NCBI RefSeq assembly: GCF_000026545.1
Contig: NC_011601.1
Strand: one strand, 5' to 3'
From: Escherichia coli O127:H6 str. E2348/69
GTDB lineage: Bacteria; Pseudomonadota; Gammaproteobacteria; Enterobacterales; Enterobacteriaceae
DNA length: 64,000 nt
The notes under the pieces are model-generated. The model had not been told where the DNA came from. It did no database searches and saw only the letters and a list, made by a program, of their open reading frames with translations. The position numbers were made by a program, and so were the translations under genes. This document shows positions 41,757-49,468 of this stretch, in pieces; the stretch's first letter is position 1; every line of letters starts with the position of its first letter.

Positions 41757-42792
41757 GACCAGTTACATCCTTTCCACTCAAATTAGTCAGCGTATTGTCC
41801 AGCGGTTGTTTACCTGCCAGTGCATTAAGCATTGTCGTGGCAAAGTTCGGGTCATTCCCCAGCGCCGCCGCCAGTTCGTTCAGTGTATCCAGTGCCGCAG
41901 GTGCAGAACCCACCATTGCCGCAATCGCCGATTTCACAAATGCCGTGGTGGCAATTTGTGTATTGTTGACCGACTGTGCCGCAGTAGGTGCGGTTGGCGT
42001 TCCGGTGAGTGCCGGACTCGACAGCGGCGCTTTCAGTGCCAGCGCATTGTTAATGGTGGTACTGAATTTCGGATCATTGTTAATGGCTGCGGCTATTTCT
42101 TTCAGCGTGTCCAGCGTGGCTGGCGCACCATTAATAAGAGCCGTCAGAGCCGCCTGAACAAACTCGGTGGTCGCAATCTGCGTGGTGTTATTCCCTGCTG
42201 CTGGCGTTGGCGCTTTGGGTGTCCCGGTAAACGTCGGACTTTCTTTGGGTACATACTGTGAATGCGGGTCCGGTGCGGCAAGATGTTTTGCCATCTGATC
42301 ATCCGCGTACACCTTCAGCTCCAGTGCCTTGTCATCCACATACTTGCGGGTTGCTAGCACTACAGCAGGGTCGATTTTCAGGGTGATATTGTCCGTGCTG
42401 CTGGTAATCAGCACCATGCGCACGGTCTGAGTGCGCCCGCTACCTTCAGCCAGTTGCGGCTTATAGCTTTCCGGGCAGTTGCCCACGGCAATCAATGCCC
42501 CGGACTCATCAAACAAGCCCACTTCACGTATCCACCAACCGCCCTCGTTTTCAGGAATCACCTGTTCGGCAATAATCTGACTGCTGTTCTGCGGGTCGAT
42601 ATAGAGCATATTCAGCGCAGCCCGGCGTTTCTCATTTACCAGTGCAGTCTGCTTTGAGTCTGGCGTTGGCAATACTCCGCCGCCATCGCCGACCGCCATA
42701 TGGGTAATTTTTAGCGGCACACCGAGCGCGGCGGCGCTGGCAAGTTTCGCCGCGCCAATATCCGTCAGCAGGGTATAAAATTTTGTGCTCAT
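41731..42792 (-). CDS. H: Tail fiber protein H, N-terminal constant portion only
   Basis: N-terminus matches P2 H by eye (MAVGDGGG, ESYKP.LAEGSGR, NDPNFATTM.NALAGKQP); ends at 353 aa versus ~670 in P2, exactly at site A. Confidence 0.8.
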   Translation of the reverse strand: MSTKFYTLLTDIGAAKLASAAALGVPLKITHMAVGDGGGVLPTPDSKQTALVNEKRRAALNMLYIDPQNSSQIIAEQVIPENEGGWWIREVGLFDESGALIAVGNCPESYKPQLAEGSGRTQTVRMVLITSSTDNITLKIDPAVVLATRKYVDDKALELKVYADDQMAKHLAAPDPHSQYVPKESPTFTGTPKAPTPAAGNNTTQIATTEFVQAALTALINGAPATLDTLKEIAAAINNDPKFSTTINNALALKAPLSSPALTGTPTAPTAAQSVNNTQIATTAFVKSAIAAMVGSAPAALDTLNELAAALGNDPNFATTMLNALAGKQPLDNTLTNLSGKDVTGLLTYLRLA

Positions 42793-43394
42793 GGATTCAC
42801 TCTCATTGTGTCAATAACATGGACCGCCCCGCCTTCATGCGCGGTGCCGCCAGAAATAATTGTTTCGTTGATATACGGATAGATCGTGATTTCTTCGCCA
42901 AGATAGCTGGCGGCCCCCACCCAATGCGGACCGCTGGTCTGCAGATTGATGGACATGCCGATCATGTGACGGCTACATGGTTTGGCATCGCTTATCAGCC
43001 GCTCAAGTTCCAGATAGGTATCTTCAGTGATGCCCTGGTCCTGCACGCAGATATCCAGGCGAAACGTGCCCGGTGCCTCTCCGGTCTGCCACCACTCAAT
43101 AATGCGGATCAGAAAGCCGAACGGCTCCACCACCCGCCGCACGGCACTGGTGGTTCCTTTATGCTGATGAATATAAAAAGCATCCTTCACCACCTGACGT
43201 TTGACGCTTTCTGTCCAGCCCTCGTCCCAGCGATCCACAGAGAACGCCCAAGCGAGATAAGGCAGGAAACTGACCGGACAGGTTGCCGGATTCCACAAGT
43301 CACGCAGCGGCACCTGCAGATCAGAAATCCCGCTGCAGGTTTGCGCCAGTCGGCGCTCCAGTGGCGTTGAACCCGGTGGCAGCAGACTATTCAT
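42789..43394 (-). CDS. I: Baseplate protein I (P2 gpI-like)
   Basis: 201 aa; LWNP.TCP...LPYLAWAFSVDRWDE matches P2 I. Confidence 0.85.
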   Translation of the reverse strand: MNSLLPPGSTPLERRLAQTCSGISDLQVPLRDLWNPATCPVSFLPYLAWAFSVDRWDEGWTESVKRQVVKDAFYIHQHKGTTSAVRRVVEPFGFLIRIIEWWQTGEAPGTFRLDICVQDQGITEDTYLELERLISDAKPCSRHMIGMSINLQTSGPHWVGAASYLGEEITIYPYINETIISGGTAHEGGAVHVIDTMRVNP

Positions 43395-44295
43395 CCGTAC
43401 CCCCGTTGGTCACGCTCCACTGCGTACATGATGCCGCCTGCGTTTTGTTCAGGACCACATCTGCCAGCGGGGAAGCCAGCTCCACACGCTGAACACCCTC
43501 AACATGCAGCGCGGCAAAAATGGCGCTACGGCGAATATCCCGACCAAGCCGCGTCTGACTGGCGATGTACCTCTGCAGGCTGGCTTTTGCCGCTGCCATT
43601 ACCGGCTCTGCTTCCGGCCCCGGATAGAGAAAAATGGTGGCTTCCACGCGGTACGGGATGATTTCCGCGCTGCGAACCGTCAGACGGTCAGCCACCGGGC
43701 GGACGTTCTCACTGTTCAGGGCTTTCTCCACCACATCCAGCAGGTCTTTTTCTGCTGTTCCGTCGCCTTCACGGCTTAGGACCGTAAGCACCACCTCTGC
43801 AGGTGCCGGACTGGTTGCACTGGCATCCGCCACCCGACCGTCGGCGCTTCGTGCATGAAACTCATAAGCGGCAGTTGGCCCAGCAACAGAAAGCCCTTCA
43901 AAGGCTGCAGGCACACGCAGGCGTAACGCTTCATCACTTTCCATCACAGCCGCAACGGGCGGTACAGCGTCATCATCAGCAGGTGTCACCGTCAGGCGTT
44001 TCACGTTGTAGTTAGCAGCGAGATGGTCAAGATCGCCGCCCATCGCGTAAGCCACCATCACAGCCTGCGCGGCTTCGTTAATGCGCTGGCGCAGAAGCAA
44101 CTCACGGTAAGCGTTCTCCTGCAGCAATTTGGTGACGGGTTCAGATTCCAGTTCCAGCGTACGCATCACTGCTTCCTGCTCATCTTTCGGATGAAGCGCC
44201 ACAAATTCTGCCTTGCGTTCGGCAAGCAGCGTCTCAAAGTCCGGCACATCCACAATCTGCGGCGCAGGTAACTGCGAAAGGTCAATCACTGCCAT
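43387..44295 (-). CDS. J: Baseplate protein J (P2 gpJ-like)
   Basis: Start MAVIDLSQLPAP gives 302 aa as in P2 J. Confidence 0.85.
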   Translation of the reverse strand: MAVIDLSQLPAPQIVDVPDFETLLAERKAEFVALHPKDEQEAVMRTLELESEPVTKLLQENAYRELLLRQRINEAAQAVMVAYAMGGDLDHLAANYNVKRLTVTPADDDAVPPVAAVMESDEALRLRVPAAFEGLSVAGPTAAYEFHARSADGRVADASATSPAPAEVVLTVLSREGDGTAEKDLLDVVEKALNSENVRPVADRLTVRSAEIIPYRVEATIFLYPGPEAEPVMAAAKASLQRYIASQTRLGRDIRRSAIFAALHVEGVQRVELASPLADVVLNKTQAASCTQWSVTNGGTDE

Positions 44296-44641
44296 TCTCT
44301 GCTCCTGTTGATACGGAAAGGGAAACAGGCACACCGTTATTCCGCCGCCCGGTCAGCTCCACCACCATTGAACCGTCAAAATTGCTGTTGATGGTGATGG
44401 AATCCAGCGTCAGCCGTGGCTCCCAGCGACTCAGCGCCACATACACTGCCGACATGACCTGCAGGCGTAATGCCGGATTTTGTGGCTGATCTATCAGTGC
44501 CGACAGCAGGGAACCATATTCCCGGCGAGCAATGCGGCTACCCTGCGGTGTCAGCAGAATGTCCCGCACCGACTGGCGCAGATGGTCAATATCAGTAATG
44601 GCTTTACCGCTGGTATTGTTCATCCCGCTATAAAGCGTCAT
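44282..44641 (-). CDS. W: Baseplate wedge protein W (gp25-like)
   Basis: 119 aa; gp25/GPW-like sequence (ITDIDHLRQSVRDILLTPQGSR). Confidence 0.85.
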   Translation of the reverse strand: MTLYSGMNNTSGKAITDIDHLRQSVRDILLTPQGSRIARREYGSLLSALIDQPQNPALRLQVMSAVYVALSRWEPRLTLDSITINSNFDGSMVVELTGRRNNGVPVSLSVSTGAENGSD

Positions 44642-45216
44642 ACCGGGCCTCCGGTTGTATCGCCGCCTTTCAGGACGCCAGTATGCTGATGCACATCAAC
44701 CACGATCCCGTTAGAACTCATCGCACCGCCGCCCTGGGTAACGCCGCCATTGATCACTACTTCACTATTAATACGCGTGCGGTCAGCCTCCAGCACAAAC
44801 TCACTGGTTTTCAGGGTGATATTGTCGGCAGCCTCAATAACCATGGATTTGATGCCCCTGACATACCAGCGCCCGGTGGCGGGTTCGTATTCAAACCAGC
44901 CACCGTCAGGATGTTCTGTCACGCAGGCGTCCGCCGACGTCGACGGTGGTGCGAACTGATTCGAATAGACAGCGGGCAGCGCAAAGGCGGTCTCCAGATT
45001 GCCGCCCAGACTCAGCAGCACCACCTGCTCACCTTCCGATGGTCGCCACCATGTCCGGGCATTCCCGGCACGCAGGGTCAGCCAGCTGATCCAGTTGGTT
45101 TCTAAGTCGCCTGTTTTCACCCGGCAAAGCCAGTTTTCCCTGTCCACTTCCGTGACTACACCAGTGCGGATCAGGTTGGTGATAAGGCGCATGATTTCGG
45201 TTAGTTGTGCATTCAT
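44638..45216 (-). CDS. V: Baseplate spike/hub protein V
   Basis: Start MNAQLTEIMRLITNLIRTG aligns with P2 V N-terminus; ORF-track start 45237 is a TTG extension. Confidence 0.8.
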   Translation of the reverse strand: MNAQLTEIMRLITNLIRTGVVTEVDRENWLCRVKTGDLETNWISWLTLRAGNARTWWRPSEGEQVVLLSLGGNLETAFALPAVYSNQFAPPSTSADACVTEHPDGGWFEYEPATGRWYVRGIKSMVIEAADNITLKTSEFVLEADRTRINSEVVINGGVTQGGGAMSSNGIVVDVHQHTGVLKGGDTTGGPV

Positions 45217-45261
45217 CCTTCTATAGTTGCAAAGCAAGATTTTTTTTCATCGTTGTGGCAG

Positions 45262-45279
45262 TGTATGATTTTTGGCACA
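45262..45279. promoter_or_regulatory. Late promoter activator dyad (TGT-N12-ACA) between V and cargo gene
   Basis: TGTatgatttttggcACA; likely remnant of the V-operon late promoter carried with the inverted block. Confidence 0.4.
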
Positions 45280-46453
45280 ATTGAATTCTCATATGGAGAT
45301 GACTGAAATGATCTTTGCTGCACGTTACTTGGTCGAGTTGCCTTATGTCCTCAATATTCCAGATGGTGATTATGATTTTCTATATGAAAATAACCATTTA
45401 CGCTTAACAGTTCACAACGATTACTATGCACTATTTAAAGATGCAAGCTTATTCCCTCAAACCCTATTAATCGGTACCAGAGAACAACTACTACCACATC
45501 ACACAAATGAAAGAGGGATAATGAAATGCCGGACTATTATTTCTCTCGCCAACTATTGGGAATGTTTTGACCTTTTAGAAATATCACATGAAGAACTAAT
45601 CAACTCTATAAGAAACCAAATAAGGAAAGAAGATAACTTCCCATCTGTGGAAGATGCTGAGATGCTCCTATCCAAAATGAGCCAGCAAGATATAGATAAA
45701 AAAATAGAGTTAGAGAGAAAAATAAAAACTGCTAGAGAGATATTTCCACCTAAAAGATCAGAGGAATGTATCGGAATAATAAACCACTTTATAAAACAGT
45801 ATAGAGTTGCCTTTAAAGATCAATTTGCAGACGAGATATCTCTTTATCAAGTTGGCTCAGGATTTACCAACGGAGTGTTACAAGAGCATTATTGCGATGG
45901 TATTAAGATAAGTGCAATTCCTTTAGTTGGAGTAATCACCCCATTAATGAGAGAAAGCTGGTATAAACACGATGAAAGTCTCATTGATAATTTCAAAAAA
46001 CGTTTAATGTCAAATGAATTCAATGAACATCCTGAACTATTATTGATTAGAGCAGACAATCTTGTTCATAAAGGTGCATTTAGATCAGCCGTAATTGAAG
46101 CATCAGCAGGCCTTGAAAGCTATATTCTCAGAAAAATTATTAATGCCTTTCATCGCAATGGTATCAATGAATGCCAGACAAAAGAAACATTAAATAAAAA
46201 CTGGAAGTTCGATGATAGATGTAAAAAACTATTCAAACAACTCTTTAACATCTCTGTACCCGAAATTGCGCCACTTGAGTGGCAACATGCAAATAAAAAC
46301 AGGAAAGAATTACGTGACAAAATAGCTCATACATCACATGAACCAACAGAGAAAGAAACAAAAGAATTTATAAAAAGCATCAATTTATTAATTGAAAAAA
46401 TAGACTCATACTTTAAGAAAATTAATGAATCTAACGAATCAAAAAATTTATGA
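45272..46453 (+). CDS. Hypothetical 393-aa protein (AT-rich cargo at Z/fun-equivalent position)
   Basis: Long AT-rich ORF; no core-phage homolog recognised; Rx4-6H-like motifs (RADNLVH, RDKIAH); true start may be 45293. Confidence 0.6.
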   Translation: MAQLNSHMEMTEMIFAARYLVELPYVLNIPDGDYDFLYENNHLRLTVHNDYYALFKDASLFPQTLLIGTREQLLPHHTNERGIMKCRTIISLANYWECFDLLEISHEELINSIRNQIRKEDNFPSVEDAEMLLSKMSQQDIDKKIELERKIKTAREIFPPKRSEECIGIINHFIKQYRVAFKDQFADEISLYQVGSGFTNGVLQEHYCDGIKISAIPLVGVITPLMRESWYKHDESLIDNFKKRLMSNEFNEHPELLLIRADNLVHKGAFRSAVIEASAGLESYILRKIINAFHRNGINECQTKETLNKNWKFDDRCKKLFKQLFNISVPEIAPLEWQHANKNRKELRDKIAHTSHEPTEKETKEFIKSINLLIEKIDSYFKKINESNESKNL

Positions 46454-46489
46454 TTATCTCTTCTATAATATCAAAATCAGTATCATAAA

Positions 46490-46515
46490 TTCCAAGTAAC
46501 CTACGTTTATGAAAA
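46490..46515. repeat. gix/hix-like 26-bp recombination site B
   Basis: TTCCAAGTAACCTACGTTTATGAAAA, ~55 bp upstream of invertase start; 18/26 identical to reverse complement of site A. Confidence 0.55.
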
Positions 46516-46570
46516 TGCAGAGATAATGGCTAACTGGCATCATCCACGGTTTTTATTCAGGGGATTGATC

Positions 46571-47137
46571 ATGCTTATTGGCTATGTACGCGTGTCAACA
46601 AATGACCAGAACACCGATTTGCAACGTAATGCACTGAACTGCGCGGGATGTGAGCGGATTTTTGAGGATAAAATCAGTGGCACTAAGTCCGACAGACCGG
46701 GGCTTAAAAAACTGCTCAGGACACTATCGGCAGGAGACACTCTGGTTGTCTGGAAGCTGGACAGGTTGGGGCGCAGTATGCGGCATCTTGTTACGCTGAT
46801 AGAAGAGTTGCGTCAGCGTGGCGTGAATTTCCGAAGCCTGACTGACAGTATTGATACCAGCACCCCAATGGGCCGTTTCTTTTTTCATGTCATGGGGGCC
46901 CTGGCTGAAATGGAACGCGAACTGATAGTTGAACGTACCATGGCAGGGCTGGCTGCAGCTCGTGCCAAAGGCAGAGTAGGTGGACGCCGTCCTAAGTTGA
47001 CCACCGAACAGTGGGCACAGATTGGGCGTTTACTCGAGGCCGGAGAATCAAGACAGCGTATTGCACTGATTTTTGATGTAGGCGTTTCTACCATTTATAG
47101 AAAATTTCCGGCAAATAAGAGCAATGAATCCCCCTGA
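46571..47137 (+). CDS. pin: Serine site-specific DNA invertase (Pin/Gin/Hin family)
   Basis: Start MLIGYVRVSTNDQ with catalytic Ser; near-identical by eye to e14 Pin / Mu Gin; C-terminal HTH. Confidence 0.9.
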   Translation: MLIGYVRVSTNDQNTDLQRNALNCAGCERIFEDKISGTKSDRPGLKKLLRTLSAGDTLVVWKLDRLGRSMRHLVTLIEELRQRGVNFRSLTDSIDTSTPMGRFFFHVMGALAEMERELIVERTMAGLAAARAKGRVGGRRPKLTTEQWAQIGRLLEAGESRQRIALIFDVGVSTIYRKFPANKSNESP

Positions 47138-47185
47138 ATCAGCATTATTTTGATTATCCCTGCAAGCAGACAAATACCGTCATTT

Positions 47186-47203
47186 TGTGTGAATAACGGT
47201 ACA
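47186..47203. promoter_or_regulatory. Late promoter activator dyad (TGT-N12-ACA) upstream of FI
   Basis: TGTgtgaataacggtACA ~77 bp upstream of FI ATG. Confidence 0.55.
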
Positions 47204-47279
47204 ACTGCGCTTAGCTGTTTGTCAGGCACAATCACTTCAACATAGGGCGAAGCCTAATCCAATCAGGAGGTTCGCCACT

Positions 47280-48452
47280 ATGGTTCAGGATTACCACCAC
47301 GGGGTGCGCGTTGTTGAAGTCAACGAAGGTACCCGATCCATTACCACGGTGAGCACCGCCATCGTGGGCATGGTCTGCACGGGCGATGATGCCGATGCAA
47401 AAATGTTTCCTCTTAATAAACCCGTGCTGATCACTGATGTGCTGACTGCCAGCGGTAAAGCGGGTGAGTCCGGCACGCTGGCCCGTTCGCTGGATGCCAT
47501 CTCTGACCAGGCAAAACCCGTGACCGTTGTTGTGCGTGTGCCGCAGGGTGAAACGGAAGAAGAAACCACGACCAATATCATCGGCGCAGTGACTGCTGAA
47601 GGTAAAAAAACAGGCATGAAAGCCCTGTTATCTGCCCAGACACAGCTCGGCGTTAAACCGCGCATTCTCGGCGTGCCAGGTCACGATAACAAAGCCGTTG
47701 CGACTGAGTTGCTGAGTGTGGCGCAAAGCCTGCGTGGGTTTGCCTACCTGTCAGCGTATGGCTGCAAGACGGTACAGGAGGCGATCACTTACCGTGAAAA
47801 CTTCAGCCAGCGCGAAGGAATGCTGATCTGGCCCGACTTTACTGGCTGGGACACGGTGCTGAATGCCGAAGCAACGGCATATGCCACCGCCCGTGCGCTT
47901 GGTCTGCGTGCCAAAATTGATGAGCAGACCGGGTGGCACAAAAGCCTGTCCAACGTGGGCGTGAACGGTGTCACCGGAATTTCTGCAGATGTGTTCTGGG
48001 ATCTGCAGGACCCGGCAACCGATGCAGGTCTGCTGAACCAGAACGACGTCACCACGCTTGTGCGTAAAGACGGTTTCCGCTTCTGGGGTTCCCGCTGCCT
48101 GAGTGATGACCCGCTCTTTGCCTTCGAAAACTACACCCGCACGGCGCAGGTGCTGACGGACACAATGGCAGAAGCGCACATGTGGGCAGTGGACAAACCG
48201 CTGAACCCGTCGCTGGCGCGCGACATTATCGAGGGCATCCGCGCCAAAATGCGCAGCCTGGTCAGTCAGGGGTATCTCATTGGTGGTGATTGCTGGCTGG
48301 ACGAGTCGGTGAACGACAAAGACACTCTGAAAGCCGGAAAACTCACCATCGACTACGACTACACGCCAGTGCCGCCACTTGAAAACCTGATGTTGCGTCA
48401 GCGCATCACCGATCAGTACCTGGTGAATTTCGCCAGCCAGGTCAGCGCGTAA
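47280..48452 (+). CDS. FI: Tail sheath protein (P2 gpFI-like)
   Basis: 390 aa; position and size as P2 FI. Confidence 0.9.
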   Translation: MVQDYHHGVRVVEVNEGTRSITTVSTAIVGMVCTGDDADAKMFPLNKPVLITDVLTASGKAGESGTLARSLDAISDQAKPVTVVVRVPQGETEEETTTNIIGAVTAEGKKTGMKALLSAQTQLGVKPRILGVPGHDNKAVATELLSVAQSLRGFAYLSAYGCKTVQEAITYRENFSQREGMLIWPDFTGWDTVLNAEATAYATARALGLRAKIDEQTGWHKSLSNVGVNGVTGISADVFWDLQDPATDAGLLNQNDVTTLVRKDGFRFWGSRCLSDDPLFAFENYTRTAQVLTDTMAEAHMWAVDKPLNPSLARDIIEGIRAKMRSLVSQGYLIGGDCWLDESVNDKDTLKAGKLTIDYDYTPVPPLENLMLRQRITDQYLVNFASQVSA

Positions 48453-48461
48453 GGGGACAAC

Positions 48462-48977
48462 ATGGCTTTACCACGCAAATTAAAACACCTGAACCTGTTT
48501 AACGACGGGAACAACTGGCAGGGGATCGTTGAGTCGCTGACGCTGCCGAAATTCACCCGCAAATATGAGAAGTATCGCGGTGGCGGAATGCCGGGGGCAG
48601 TGGATGTGGATCTGGGGCTTGATGACAGTGCGCTGGACACAGAATTTACCATTGGTGGTACTGAACTGCTGCTGTTTAAGCAGATGGGCAAAGCCACGGT
48701 GGATGGCATCCAGTTGCGCTTTACCGGCTCTATCCAGCGTGACGATACCGGGGAAGTGCAGGCCGTGGAGCTTGTGGTGCGTGGACGTCACAAAGAAGTG
48801 GATTCCGGTGAGTGGAAGACGGGCGAAAGCAACACCACCAAAGTGACCAGTACCAACAGCTACGCGAAGCTGACCATCAATGGTGAGGTGCTCTATGAAG
48901 TGGACCTTATCAACATGGTGGAAATTGTGGACGGTGTGGACCTGATGGAAGCGCACCGCAACGCCCTCGGCCTCTGA
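48462..48977 (+). CDS. FII: Tail tube protein (P2 gpFII-like)
   Basis: 171 aa following sheath. Confidence 0.9.
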   Translation: MALPRKLKHLNLFNDGNNWQGIVESLTLPKFTRKYEKYRGGGMPGAVDVDLGLDDSALDTEFTIGGTELLLFKQMGKATVDGIQLRFTGSIQRDDTGEVQAVELVVRGRHKEVDSGEWKTGESNTTKVTSTNSYAKLTINGEVLYEVDLINMVEIVDGVDLMEAHRNALGL

Positions 48978-49031
48978 TATATCTGAACGGCGCGGGATAC
49001 CGCGCCAGAACCCAATTGACAGGACAGCAAA

Positions 49032-49334
49032 ATGAGCGATAAGCAGACTGAAAAGACCATTCAACTGGATACCCCCATCAAGCGCGGTAAAACAGAAATC
49101 ACCGAAATTGTGCTGCGTAAACCGCAGTCCGGTGCGCTGCGCGGTACACGCCTGCAGGCCATTATGGATATGGATGTAAACGCGATGATGACCGTGATCC
49201 CCCGCATCTCCAGTCCGGCACTGACTGCACAGGAAATTGCAGAGATGGACCCGGCAGATCTCACTGCCATGTCGGTTGAGGTTGTCACTTTTTTGTTGAA
49301 GAAGTCGGTGCTTGCCGGTTTACCGACAGCCTGA
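49032..49334 (+). CDS. E: Tail assembly chaperone E
   Basis: 100 aa; slippery heptamer near 3' end. Confidence 0.8.
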   Translation: MSDKQTEKTIQLDTPIKRGKTEITEIVLRKPQSGALRGTRLQAIMDMDVNAMMTVIPRISSPALTAQEIAEMDPADLTAMSVEVVTFLLKKSVLAGLPTA

Positions 49335-49468
49335 CGGTTGACGATCTGGTGGCAGATATCGCCACCATTTTTCACTGGCCGCCATCCGTTACTGACGTTA
49401 TGCCGCTGACCGAAGTGCTGGAATGGCGGTATAAAGCGATTCAGAGAAGCGGGGCCAACGATGAGTGA
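49032..49468 (+). CDS. Tail assembly chaperone E+E' (programmed -1 frameshift product)
   Basis: Slippery T-run then G at 49289..49295; hand translation of the -1 frame stays open to TGA at 49466..49468, overlapping T start. Confidence 0.65.
49289..49295 (+). other. -1 frameshift slippery site TTTTTTG
   Basis: Heptamer present in-frame near end of E. Confidence 0.65.

Noticed and set aside
41800-42260. Internal ~48-aa tandem duplication in the tail fiber N-terminal region
   Set aside because: Repeat modules are common in tail fiber shafts and the same repeat seems present in P2 H; it also explains the antisense ORFs in this interval.
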